Below, in pieces: positions 24,064 to 33,384 of a stretch of 64,000 bases of DNA. The stretch lies in contig VXMQ01000016.1 in the NCBI GenBank assembly GCA_009841015.1, positions 1,419 through 65,418 of the forward strand. The letters run 5' to 3'. The notes under the pieces were generated by a model. The model had not been told where the DNA came from, did not search any database, and worked only from the letters and a program-made list of their open reading frames with translations. The stretch comes from Candidatus Palauibacter denitrificans (GTDB lineage: Bacteria > Gemmatimonadota > Gemmatimonadetes > Palauibacterales > Palauibacteraceae). The position numbers and the translations under genes are program-made. Numbering within the stretch: position 1 is the first letter of the stretch; each line of letters starts with the position of its first letter.

Positions 24064-26460
24064 CTAGCTGTGGATCTCGGTGAGTGCGTGCGGCTGCGCC
24101 CGGCCCTCGAGTTCGGCCAGGATCACGTCCGTCGTCAGCGGGATCCGGCACAGGCAGCGCCCGCCGAGCGCGTCCGCGATCGCGGAGGTGACCGCCGCGG
24201 ACCCGGCCCCGACCGGGGGCTCCCCGATCCCCTTGGCGCCGATCGGCGTCTGCGGGTCCGGCTCGCCCGCCGCCGCCCAGTCCATGCTGAGCGGCACATC
24301 AAGGATGCCGGGCGGTCTCGCGGTATAGAGCCGGTGGGCGAAGGGCACGCCCCACTTCGGGTCGAACACCCACTTCTGGCTGCGCGCCTGGCCGAAGCCC
24401 TGCACGCTGCCGCCGTGGATCTGGGCCGCGAGGCTGCGCGGGTGCACGACGACCCCGCAGTCGGCGGAGCCCGTATAGTCGACGAGTACCACGTCGCCGG
24501 TCTCTGTGTCGAGTTCGACGACTGCGAAGCCCACGACCCACGACCACGTCGAGCCCTCGTGCGAGAAGTTGTCCCGGGCGACGCCCAGCAGACCCTGGCC
24601 CGCGAGCTGCGTGGCGGAGGCCCGGGTGTAATCGTTGATGTCCTCCGGCAACTCCTGGCCGGAGTATTCGCCGCCCATGGCGATGGCGCGCTCCGCGGCC
24701 TGCGCGAAGCTCATCGAGCCTCCCGGTCCGGTCACGCGCGCGCCCTCGACCCGGTACCCGCTCGCCGCGCCGCCGAGCGCGGCGGCCGCGACCTCCTGCA
24801 GCTTCCGCTTCATGTCGAGCGCGGCGGCATAGTTGGCGCGGGTGTGCGCGTGGATCGTCTGGCTCCCCGCCTGCACCGAACTGTACGGGTGGTGCTGCGA
24901 ACTGTCGCCCCAGATGACTGCGCAGTCGTCCCACTCGAGGCCGAGTTCGTCCGCCGCGGCGCGGGCCGTGTCCGCCATGGAGTGCGTGCCGAGGTTCCCG
25001 ATCCCCTGGTGGATGTAGAGCTTCCCATCGGGGCGGATGAGCAGGAGTCCGTCGAACCCCGACGAACCGCCGACGTACGGGCTCAGGCCGACGCCGACTC
25101 CCGTGACCTTCGTCCCGTTCCGCTGTCCGCTGAGCGCCTGCTTCCCGGCCCAGTCGAACTGCGCCGCGCCCGCATCGATCGCCTCGCGCACGAAGGCGCT
25201 CGTCGTCGTGGCCCGCTGCGGCCCGAACTCGGAGTCGTGCGAGGGGGCGTTGATCTTCCGGATCTCCACCCGGTCGATGCCCAGTTCGCGGGCCGCCTTG
25301 TCGACGAGCGGCTCGAGCATGGCGACGATCTGCGCGCCGCCCGGCGCCCGCTGCGCCGCCCGCGGCGGCGTGTTCGTGTAGAGCGTGAGGCCGCGGAAGC
25401 GCATCGCGTCGGGTTGGTACATGAGGTCCGTCACGGCACCCGCGGTGTTGTAGTCGCCCGACCGTCCGTACGGCCCGTGGTCCTGGACGATGTAGAGGTC
25501 GATCCCCGTGATCTTCCCGTCGCTGCGGAAGCCCATCTTCGTCCACGCCTGGAAACCGGGACGCGCGCGTCCGATGTAGTTCTCCTCGTAGCGGTTGATC
25601 CGCATCATCACCGGCCGCTGGATCTTCCTCGCGAGGAGCGCCGTGACCTGGTAGATCGTGGCGCCGGCGATCTTGGAACCGAAGCCGCCGCCGCAGTACT
25701 GGCCTACGAAGACGACATCCTCCGGCTCGAGGCCCAACTGCCCGGCCAGCGCCTGGTGGGTGCGCTGGGTGCTCTGCGTCGACCCGTACAGGTAGCAGCG
25801 CCCGTCCTCCCAGTACGCCATGGAGCTGCGCGGCTCCATCGGATGGTGGGTCAGCGACTGGTGCACGATCGTGTCCTCGAGGACGTAATCGGCCTCTGCG
25901 AACGCCGCGTCGAGATCGCCGTGCGCCCACTCGTCCGTCGGCTCGCCCATCGGCAGCCGGCCCTCGGCTTCCGCCGCGTCGAACTCCGCCTGCGGCCACT
26001 TCAGAGAGACGAGTTCGCGCCCGCTCTCGCCGAAGCGCATGACGTTGCCCTCGAGACGGGCGTCCGGGCCGCCGGGCCGCAGGCTGTCGAGCGGGTCGAT
26101 CGCGAACGGGAGCGGCTCGAGGTCGATGTCGATCGCCTCGATCGCGTCCGCCGCCGTCGTCTCGTCCACCGCCGCCAGCGCCAGGATCGGCTCGCCCACG
26201 TACTTCGGCTCGTCCGTGAGCGCCGCCTCGCCGGGCGCCTCGGGCTGGTTGACCTCGCTCGCCCGCAGGATGCCGAGCACGCCGGGCATGGCGAGCGCGC
26301 GGCTCGCGTCCAGGCTGCGCACGCGAGCGTGCGGCATGGGGCTGAGGAGGAGCTTCGCGAAGACCATGCCTTCGGCCCGGAAGTCCTCCGCGTACTTGGC
26401 CCGTCCCGTGACTTTCGCGCGCAGATCCGGCGGCGAAATGTCCTGTCCGATTAGCGCCAT
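24064..26460 (-). CDS. Molybdopterin-binding large subunit of xanthine-oxidase-family dehydrogenase
   Basis: N-terminus AKVTGRAKYAEDF and GGGFGSK; C-terminus GIGEPPVGAGSAAVTSAIADALG. ATG 26460 (MALIGQD) lies 13 nt after the FeS subunit stop, with a GGGGAGGA RBS. Confidence 0.9.
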   Translation of the reverse strand: MALIGQDISPPDLRAKVTGRAKYAEDFRAEGMVFAKLLLSPMPHARVRSLDASRALAMPGVLGILRASEVNQPEAPGEAALTDEPKYVGEPILALAAVDETTAADAIEAIDIDLEPLPFAIDPLDSLRPGGPDARLEGNVMRFGESGRELVSLKWPQAEFDAAEAEGRLPMGEPTDEWAHGDLDAAFAEADYVLEDTIVHQSLTHHPMEPRSSMAYWEDGRCYLYGSTQSTQRTHQALAGQLGLEPEDVVFVGQYCGGGFGSKIAGATIYQVTALLARKIQRPVMMRINRYEENYIGRARPGFQAWTKMGFRSDGKITGIDLYIVQDHGPYGRSGDYNTAGAVTDLMYQPDAMRFRGLTLYTNTPPRAAQRAPGGAQIVAMLEPLVDKAARELGIDRVEIRKINAPSHDSEFGPQRATTTSAFVREAIDAGAAQFDWAGKQALSGQRNGTKVTGVGVGLSPYVGGSSGFDGLLLIRPDGKLYIHQGIGNLGTHSMADTARAAADELGLEWDDCAVIWGDSSQHHPYSSVQAGSQTIHAHTRANYAAALDMKRKLQEVAAAALGGAASGYRVEGARVTGPGGSMSFAQAAERAIAMGGEYSGQELPEDINDYTRASATQLAGQGLLGVARDNFSHEGSTWSWVVGFAVVELDTETGDVVLVDYTGSADCGVVVHPRSLAAQIHGGSVQGFGQARSQKWVFDPKWGVPFAHRLYTARPPGILDVPLSMDWAAAGEPDPQTPIGAKGIGEPPVGAGSAAVTSAIADALGGRCLCRIPLTTDVILAELEGRAQPHALTEIHS

Positions 26461-26473
26461 GATCGTCCTCCCC

Positions 26474-27106
26474 TCACACCATGCGCCGCGCGTACTCGGC
26501 GGCACGCATGGCGGAGTTCAGGATTTTGTCGTAGTCCCCGCAGCGGCAGAGGTTGCCGGAGAGGGCCTCGGCGGCCTCCTCGCGCGTGGGCTCCGGATTC
26601 TCGTTCGTCAGCGCGACCATGCTCATGATGAAGCCGGGCGCGCAGAAGGCGCACTGGAATCCGCCTTCGTCGATCACCGCCTGCTGCACCGGGTGCAGCG
26701 TGCCGTCCGCGCCCTCGAGCCCCTCGACCGACGTCACCGACCGGTCGCGCACCGCGTTCGTCAGCAGCGAGCACGCGTAGTGCGAGACCCCGTCGATGAG
26801 CACCGTACAGGCGCCGCACTCCGCCCGGTCGCACCCGAGCTTCGTGCCCGTGAGCCCCAGCTTATAGCGGAGCGTCATGGCCAGCGTCTCCTGCGGCATG
26901 ACATCCACCGAACGCGACACGCCGTTCACGTTCAGCGAGATCATGCGGGGCATAGACGCGCGCACCGCCGCGCTCGCCGACAGGCTCCGGGCCCGGAAGA
27001 GGTGGCTGGAGGAGGAGACCACCGCGCCGGTCGCGATGACCCCCTTGATGAACGTCCTGCGGGAATGACCGGTTGGGGTCTCGGTCGTGATCTCGGCGTC
27101 ACTCAT
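26474..27106 (-). CDS. [2Fe-2S] small subunit of xanthine-oxidase-family dehydrogenase with Tat signal (PaoA-like)
   Basis: Tat motif SRRTFIKG. Cys motifs GCDRAECGACTV, CAFCAPG and CRCGDY. Confidence 0.88.
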   Translation of the reverse strand: MSDAEITTETPTGHSRRTFIKGVIATGAVVSSSSHLFRARSLSASAAVRASMPRMISLNVNGVSRSVDVMPQETLAMTLRYKLGLTGTKLGCDRAECGACTVLIDGVSHYACSLLTNAVRDRSVTSVEGLEGADGTLHPVQQAVIDEGGFQCAFCAPGFIMSMVALTNENPEPTREEAAEALSGNLCRCGDYDKILNSAMRAAEYARRMV

Positions 27107-27247
27107 GGGCGAACCTCAAGCGGGAGACCTTCTTGCGCGTTTGCGTCGCGCTCACCGCGTTCCCGCGGGAGACGCAACGATCCACGGTGAATCCTTACAT
27201 CGACCGCCCCCGGAAACAAGACTGGCGGCCGCGCTCCCGGCGGGTTG

Positions 27248-29377
27248 TTACAGGATCCTGAGGAATCGCGGGTCCACGGAAAGGAGGAGGACCCAGCGCC
27301 CTTCGCTGCCGCCGGGCGCTGGGTCGCCGCGCAGGCCGCGCATGACGTCGAGCCGAAGGATGTCGTAGAAGAGTCCCAAGCCGAGGCCGGCCGAGGCACG
27401 CAGCCCCTCGCTTCCGTCCACGCCGAAGCGGCGGGCGGCATCCTCCCCGGCGCCTCCGAGCCCGGCCCAGCCGGCGGCTCCAATCGCACGCAACCGCACC
27501 CAGGGGGCGGCGACGGTGCGCGACACTTCCGTGCGCCACAGCGCCATGCGGTCCCCGCCCCAGCCGCGAAACTCGTAGCCGGGCAGCGAACCGCGCCCCC
27601 CGAGCAGGAAGAGCCGCTGGGCCGGCAGCTCCCCGCCGGCAAGACCGAGCTCCACGTCGCTCGCCCAGTTCCACGCGCCCCCCGGACGCCCCCGGGCCCG
27701 CAGCGCGGCAGTGGCGCGCGTGTAGCCGAAGTCCCCGACGCCGTTCGCCGCAGCTTCGCCCGCGAGATCCAGCGTCCACCGCGTGCCCGATCCGCTCCGG
27801 AGTGCCACCGTCAAGCCGGCATCGAGCCGGGCCAGGTCCCCCTGGTCGACCGGACGCACGGGGCGAGCCGACCGATCTCCGAACGGCGCGGTCCCGACGA
27901 CCAGCGCGGCGCTCCGGTGGCGCTCGAGCGAGGCACCTACGCGCCAGCGCACGGGACCGCCGCGGCGGGCGATCCCGATCCGTCCGCCCGTGGCGAGGTA
28001 GGGGTCCTCGTAATCTTCTCCCCTGGCGAGGAGGGCAAGCGTCCGCAGCACCCCCGCGGCCGCGGTCGGTCCCGCATCGCGGTGAGCCCGCAGCCAGCCG
28101 TCGGCCTCCACGTCGACCTCCCCCAGCCGCCGCCGCAGTCCAAGGCCTGCCTGGGGCCGCGCCTCCCCGAGCGCGTGGCCGCCCGCGAACGATACCCGCG
28201 TGAGATCGTTCGGCCGGTAGGCGGCTCCGGCCCCGATAAAGAGCCCCTCGGAACGACGCGCCCGAATTCCCCCCGATGCGTTCGGGAGCGCGAGCTGCCA
28301 GCGCCGGCCCCCGAGCAGGGGCTGCCGCCGCAGGAGCTCGCGCGCGTTCGCGACGACCGCGCCCGGATCGCCGTCGGCGCTTGCCGCCTCGAGCGGACCC
28401 CCGTACAGCGAATCTTCCCATCCGTCGAAGCGGGCCAGCTCTTCCTCGCGAACGCTGTAGATGAGCTGTCCCGGCCCGAGCCCGAAGAGCGCCTCCTCGT
28501 CGAATCCGTAGTCGAGCACGCGGAGGCGGGTGCGGACCAGCGTCTCGAGCGGGAAGTCGAACCAGGGAAGTGAGCGCACGATCTCGACCTCCTGCTCGTC
28601 GGGAAGCCAGTACCGGCCTTCCTGCAGGGCCGAGCGCAGGTCGACGACGAGCCGCACGATCTGCGGGTCGCGATAGGCGGCGGGGGTGAACGTGAGCCGC
28701 ATCCGCGCGATGGCCCCCGTCTCCCGCTCGACGAAGAGCGAACCCACAGCGCCCGCGTCCGTTCCGTCCCGCGGACGGACCTCGAGTTCGAAGACGCGGG
28801 CGGTGCGGTCGCGAACACGGATCTCGAGCGAGTCCGCGAGCCGGTACTCGTAGAACTCGGGGGCGCCTTCCCCCGCGGGATGGAGCACGTCCCGGATCTC
28901 GTGGCCGTCTCCGATCCGGATCCGGTCCTCGAAGTCGTCGAGGACGAGAAAGAGATGGTCGAGGTGATAGGCGATCGTCGTGGGGAGCCGGAGTTCGTGC
29001 CGGCGGCCGACAATCGTCTGCATCGAGCGGTCCGGGTGCTGCCAGCGCACATCAACCGCGATCTGGTCCGCCCGGATGACGTGCCTTTCCCCGAGGATGT
29101 CGCCGAGGTAGTACACGTGCCCCTGCACGTCGGCCCGAAACCGTTCGAGGGAGCTGTCGGCCCAGGCGTGCCGTCGCGCATCGATCGCGCGCTCGATGAG
29201 CAGAAGCGCCGCCTCGGAGTTCCAGCCATCGGAGCCCCCGGCCCGCGGAGCCTCGGCCGGCGCTGCCGGGATCTCCTGGGCTCCGGCCCCGGCCGCGAAG
29301 CGGAGCATCGCCAACGCGACCGCCACGGCGGCGGCCACGCGCCTCCCGTCAGCCGAAGAGGTCCTCCTGCCCGTCAT
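27248..29377 (-). CDS. Hypothetical secreted / outer-membrane protein (709 aa)
   Basis: Signal peptide AVAVALAMLRFAAGAGAQE. The Gly/aromatic-rich C-terminal third ends in GLGLGLFYDILRLDV..., which suggests a beta-barrel. No named domain was recognised. Confidence 0.55.
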   Translation of the reverse strand: MTGRRTSSADGRRVAAAVAVALAMLRFAAGAGAQEIPAAPAEAPRAGGSDGWNSEAALLLIERAIDARRHAWADSSLERFRADVQGHVYYLGDILGERHVIRADQIAVDVRWQHPDRSMQTIVGRRHELRLPTTIAYHLDHLFLVLDDFEDRIRIGDGHEIRDVLHPAGEGAPEFYEYRLADSLEIRVRDRTARVFELEVRPRDGTDAGAVGSLFVERETGAIARMRLTFTPAAYRDPQIVRLVVDLRSALQEGRYWLPDEQEVEIVRSLPWFDFPLETLVRTRLRVLDYGFDEEALFGLGPGQLIYSVREEELARFDGWEDSLYGGPLEAASADGDPGAVVANARELLRRQPLLGGRRWQLALPNASGGIRARRSEGLFIGAGAAYRPNDLTRVSFAGGHALGEARPQAGLGLRRRLGEVDVEADGWLRAHRDAGPTAAAGVLRTLALLARGEDYEDPYLATGGRIGIARRGGPVRWRVGASLERHRSAALVVGTAPFGDRSARPVRPVDQGDLARLDAGLTVALRSGSGTRWTLDLAGEAAANGVGDFGYTRATAALRARGRPGGAWNWASDVELGLAGGELPAQRLFLLGGRGSLPGYEFRGWGGDRMALWRTEVSRTVAAPWVRLRAIGAAGWAGLGGAGEDAARRFGVDGSEGLRASAGLGLGLFYDILRLDVMRGLRGDPAPGGSEGRWVLLLSVDPRFLRIL

Positions 29378-29732
29378 CGTCCGACTCCATGACGCGCCGC
29401 AGTCTGCCGGCCCAGTACTCGACGTCGAAGCCCTCTTCGTTCTTCAGCATCCGCTTGAGCACCGGCGACAGGTCGCGCAGCGCACCCACGAGGTCCTCGG
29501 CGATGGAGCCGGCTTCGGCGACCCGGGCTTCGTCCGGGAGCGACGCCATGTCCCGGAGGATGGAAGCCTCGGACCGGGACGCCGTGACGGACTCGGGCCG
29601 GGTGGCGACGAAGACCTCCGTCCGCCGGCCGGGGCCCCGATCCTCCTCGATCGGGAGGAGCCCGACGATCTGGTCGGAGCGCCAGTACTTCGCGTACCCG
29701 AGGTGGACCATCCGGTCGCGCTTGATCTCCAC
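29349..29732 (-). CDS. Hypothetical small protein with acidic C-terminus
   Basis: Its stop lies 29 nt inside the start of the 709-aa gene (operon). GTG 29732 lies 4 nt after GGAGG; ATG 29711 is the alternative start. Confidence 0.45.
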   Translation of the reverse strand: MEIKRDRMVHLGYAKYWRSDQIVGLLPIEEDRGPGRRTEVFVATRPESVTASRSEASILRDMASLPDEARVAEAGSIAEDLVGALRDLSPVLKRMLKNEEGFDVEYWAGRLRRVMESDDDGQEDLFG

Positions 29733-29927
29733 GCCGCCTCCGTTCCGCCTGCTCGCAGCTCCGTGGGAAAAGCCCCTGTTGGAGCCCTGACGGGTCCAAG
29801 CTCGCGAACGTCCCGTCCGCGCCGCAACACCGCCGGACGCACCAACTGGCCGCATGCCGCCGGCCGCATGCCGCCGGCTCGGTTGATTGGCCGTTGAACG
29901 CGTCGCGGAGCATGTTCAGCGACGCCC

Positions 29928-31280
29928 ATGGCCAGAATACGCACCATCCGTGATCCCCTTTGGGGGAACGTCCGCGTGGAGGGAGACGCGGCCGAGATTC
30001 TCGACGCGCCCCAGTTCCAGCGCCTGCGGCGCGTCAAGCAACTCGGCTTCGCGCACCTCGTGTATCCCGGCGGCGTGCACAACCGCTTCCTGCACGCCCT
30101 CGGCGTCTACCATCTCGTGTCGCGGGCCATCTCCCGACTCGAGCGCGACGGGCACCTCGAGGCGCTGGATGCGGAGGACATGGACGAACTGCCGGTGGTT
30201 CGTCTCGGCGCGCTCCTCCACGACGTCGGGCACTACGCCTTCTCGCACGCGGTGGAGGAACTCGGTCCGAGCGCGATCCCGGGAGACCATGAGGAGATCG
30301 CGGCGCACTTCATGGCGGTGGACCCGATCCGGCGCGTCCTCGAGCGGTACGGCCCGGATGCCACGGCCCGCATTGGCGCCCTCATCCGCGGGAAGTCCGG
30401 CCACCCGCTGCAGGGGCTGATCTCGGGATCGCTGGACCTCGACAAGATCGACTACCTCCGGCGCGATTCCCTCTTCTGCGGCGTGCCGTACGGGGCCGTG
30501 GACGTCGACCGTCTCCTCCCCGCGCTGACCGTTGCCCGCGAAGGAGAGGGACGCCGGCTCGAACTCGCGGTCAGCGAGAAGGGACTCAGCGCCCTGGAGA
30601 CGCTCCTCATCTCGAAGTACCAGATGTTCCGCAACGTCTACTGGCACCATGCCGTGCGCGCCGCGACGCTGACCTTCGTGCGCCTCGTCCAGACGGCGCT
30701 CGACAGCGGCCTGCTCGCGTCCGACGACCTGGCGGGGCCCAGCGACGAGGAACTGCTCGCCCTCATCGGCCGGCGCATCGAACGGTCGGCGGCAGGCCCG
30801 GGCTACGACGGCGCGTCCGCTGTCGGCCGGGCGGCGAAGCTGCTGCGGGCGCTCGTCGACCGGCGTCTCCCGAAGCGGCTCGTGGAGTTGACGGGCGACC
30901 AGCTCCCGGACGCGTTGTCGTCGTGGCCGTCGCGGCGCCCGGACCTCGTCGCCGCGCTCGAGCGGCGCATGGCCCGCGAGTGGGGTCTCTCCGAGGGCGC
31001 GGTGATGCTCGACTATCCGAGTTACCCGGGCATGCTCGAACTCAACCTGCTCCTCGTGCGGAACGACGGCGAAGTCCGCCGGCTGACCGCGCTGGGCGAG
31101 CGAGGCCTCATCGACATCCCGCGGCTCGGGCGTTCCCTGCACCATTCCGCGCGCGTGCTGCGCATCTTCTCCTTCGAACCCTCCGCTCCCCGCGATCCGA
31201 AGCCGGTGCTGGCGCTGATCGAGGCCGCCGAAGAGGAAGTGGAGGCGCGGCTCGAGTTGGGAGCGGGCCTCCTGACCTGA
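29928..31280 (+). CDS. HD-domain phosphohydrolase (SAMHD1/dGTPase-like family)
   Basis: IRDPLWGNVRV...QFQRLRRVKQLG...NRFLHALGV...LLHDVGHYAFSH pattern. Confidence 0.8.
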   Translation: MARIRTIRDPLWGNVRVEGDAAEILDAPQFQRLRRVKQLGFAHLVYPGGVHNRFLHALGVYHLVSRAISRLERDGHLEALDAEDMDELPVVRLGALLHDVGHYAFSHAVEELGPSAIPGDHEEIAAHFMAVDPIRRVLERYGPDATARIGALIRGKSGHPLQGLISGSLDLDKIDYLRRDSLFCGVPYGAVDVDRLLPALTVAREGEGRRLELAVSEKGLSALETLLISKYQMFRNVYWHHAVRAATLTFVRLVQTALDSGLLASDDLAGPSDEELLALIGRRIERSAAGPGYDGASAVGRAAKLLRALVDRRLPKRLVELTGDQLPDALSSWPSRRPDLVAALERRMAREWGLSEGAVMLDYPSYPGMLELNLLLVRNDGEVRRLTALGERGLIDIPRLGRSLHHSARVLRIFSFEPSAPRDPKPVLALIEAAEEEVEARLELGAGLLT

Positions 31281-31442
31281 CCTGCCCCCCGGCCGCTCCT
31301 GGCGCTGACGCGGGGTCTTGCCCCGGACTGCTGGACCTCGTTCGCGCACAGCCCCGCGTGCGCGGTAGGATCAACAGCCTGCGGTGAGGGGTTCAAGGGA
31401 GAAGCGCGACGAGAGCGCAGACCACCCGCAAAGGTTTGTCCG

Positions 31443-32441
31443 ATGGCCGGATCGGCGCTGCCGATCGAACCACAGCGAGACAGCGCGAGAGCGCGGAAGA
31501 TCCACTCGCCCGCGTCCGCGTCGAACGGCGCGCGTCCGGCTACGGAGCCACGCGCGGACGCGCCCCTCGTGCGGCTGGGCCACCTGGACACGCTCTGGTT
31601 CCAGGTCACCGGGACGATCTGCAACCTGCGCTGCGTCCACTGCTTCATCAGTTGCGCCCCGGATAACGACAGCTTCGAGTTCCTCTCGCTCGCCGAGGTC
31701 GAGAACTGGCTTCGGCGCTCGGAGAAGTGGGGCGTCAAGGAGTACTACTTCACCGGCGGCGAGCCCTTCATGCACCCCGACCTCCCCGCCATGCTGGAAC
31801 GGACCCTGGAGCGGGGGCCCGCTTCCGTGCTGACGAACGGGACCCTTCTCCCCGCACGGGCCCTGAGGCCCATCGCACGGACCGCGCGCGCGGCGAGTTA
31901 CTCGCTCGAAATGCGCGTGTCCCTGGATGGGCCCTCGCCCGAGACGAACGACCCCATCCGGGGCGAGGGCACCTTCGACCGCGCCATGGACGGCGTCCGC
32001 AAGCTGCTCGAGGAGGGATTCCTCCCGATCATCACCGCGACGCAGGTGTGGGAACCGGAACGGGACGAAGAGGTGCGGCAGACGTTCGTTGCCCGGCTTC
32101 GGGCGCTCGGGTACGAGAACCCGCGGCTCAAAATCCTCCCATCGCTCCGCATCGGACGCGAGGCGGACCGCGTGCGCCCCTACTCGGATGAGGAGCGCGT
32201 GACGAAGGCGATGATGGAGGGATACGAGGAGAACCAGTTGCTCTGCGCGTCGAGCCGGGTGGTGACGAGCCGCGGCATCTACGCCTGTCCCATCCTCATC
32301 GAGACGCCGGCGGCGCGCATGGGTTCGACGCTGGAGGAGGCGTCCCGCCCGGTGCGGCTAGATGAGTCCGCGTGCTACACGTGCTGGCTGCACGGCGCGA
32401 TCTGCTCCAACTACGGGGGCATCGGGCAGGATGTCTCCTGA
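31443..32441 (+). CDS. Radical SAM protein with C-terminal Cys cluster (SPASM-like or Cys-rich domain)
   Basis: CNLRCVHC (Cx3Cx2C), YFTGGEPF, and C-terminal C...C...CYTCWLHGAIC. The start is uncertain: ATG 31443 or GTG 31569. Confidence 0.8.
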   Translation: MAGSALPIEPQRDSARARKIHSPASASNGARPATEPRADAPLVRLGHLDTLWFQVTGTICNLRCVHCFISCAPDNDSFEFLSLAEVENWLRRSEKWGVKEYYFTGGEPFMHPDLPAMLERTLERGPASVLTNGTLLPARALRPIARTARAASYSLEMRVSLDGPSPETNDPIRGEGTFDRAMDGVRKLLEEGFLPIITATQVWEPERDEEVRQTFVARLRALGYENPRLKILPSLRIGREADRVRPYSDEERVTKAMMEGYEENQLLCASSRVVTSRGIYACPILIETPAARMGSTLEEASRPVRLDESACYTCWLHGAICSNYGGIGQDVS

Positions 32442-33234
32442 ACCGCGGCGGATCGCCGTCTTCGGGGGTATCTACAGCAATCACCGGGCGCTGGCGGCCG
32501 CGATCGAGGACGCCACCGCGCGGGGGGCGGAAGCCCTCTACTGCCTGGGTGACCTCGGGGCGTTCGGCCCCCACCCGGACCGGGTTTTTCCGCTCCTGAT
32601 CGACCACGACGTACGCGTCGTGCGCGGGAACTACGACGATTCGATCGCGCGCGGCCTCGACGACTGCCAGTGCGGCTACACCGACCCGCGCGACAACTAC
32701 TTCGCCCGGCTCTCGTACCGCTACACCTTCAGGAACACAAACGAGCGGTGGCGCCGCTGGATGGGCCGCCTCCCCGGCGAAATCCGCCTCGAGGCGAACG
32801 GCGCGCGGGTACTCATGTGCCACGGCAGCCCCCGGCGCATGAACGAGTTCCTCTGGGAATCCGCGACCTCGACGCAGTTCCTGGCCTGGCTCGCCACCGA
32901 GTACGAGGCGGACATCGTGCTCGCGACCCATACCGGGATCCCCTGGCAGCGCCCGCTATCCGGCGGCGGGCTCTTCGCCAACGTCGGCGTGCTGGGCCGG
33001 CCCGCGAACGACGGGCGGACGGAGGTGTGGTACGCGCTGCTCGATTTCGGCGCCGACACGGGTGCACCGCCGAGCCTCGAGTTCGTGCCATTGGGCTACG
33101 ATCACGAGCGCCTCGCGGCCGAGATGCGCGACGAAGAACTGCCGGAGGAGTTCGTGGAGACGATCCTCACGGGCTGGTGGACCACCTGCCTCGAAGTCCT
33201 CCCCGCCCGCGAACGCGCTCGCGGTCGGTTCTGA
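32431..33234 (+). CDS. Metallophosphoesterase (YfcE/MJ0936-like) with CQCGY insertion
   Basis: Motifs FGGIYSN, CLGDLG, GNYD, CHGSP and ATHTG. Its ATG overlaps the radical SAM stop by 11 nt. Confidence 0.8.
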   Translation: MSPEPRRIAVFGGIYSNHRALAAAIEDATARGAEALYCLGDLGAFGPHPDRVFPLLIDHDVRVVRGNYDDSIARGLDDCQCGYTDPRDNYFARLSYRYTFRNTNERWRRWMGRLPGEIRLEANGARVLMCHGSPRRMNEFLWESATSTQFLAWLATEYEADIVLATHTGIPWQRPLSGGGLFANVGVLGRPANDGRTEVWYALLDFGADTGAPPSLEFVPLGYDHERLAAEMRDEELPEEFVETILTGWWTTCLEVLPARERARGRF

Positions 33235-33256
33235 CGCACCCGCCGCGGCATACATT

Positions 33257-33285
33257 TTGCGGGGTGGCCGATCCGCGTTTAGCTT
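33257..33285 (+). promoter_or_regulatory. Sigma-70-type promoter candidate for the sigma-factor gene
   Basis: TTGCGG (33257-33262), 17-nt spacer, TAGCTT (33280-33285). Confidence 0.4.
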
Positions 33286-33384
33286 CATTACAGCGTCAGA
33301 TGGTCCGCGCGCGACGGAGCCGGCATCGGTAGCTCGGCCCGGCAGCCTGACCGGGTCGACGTCCCGCAGAGAGAGGAAGTTGCG

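Noticed and set aside
22251-26454. Plus-strand ORFs 22251..24083 (610 aa) and 23680..26454 (924 aa)
   Set aside because: They are antisense to the cytochrome b, FAD and Mo-subunit genes, which all carry clear family motifs. The translations are Arg/Pro/His-rich junk.
29349-29732. Faint resemblance of the small ORF N-terminus (MVHLGYAKYWRSDQIVGLLP...GRRTEVFV) to DUF370/RemA
   Set aside because: The spacing between the two matching blocks is about 12 residues shorter than in RemA as I recall it, and the context (no gmk/rpoZ) differs. This is too weak to call.
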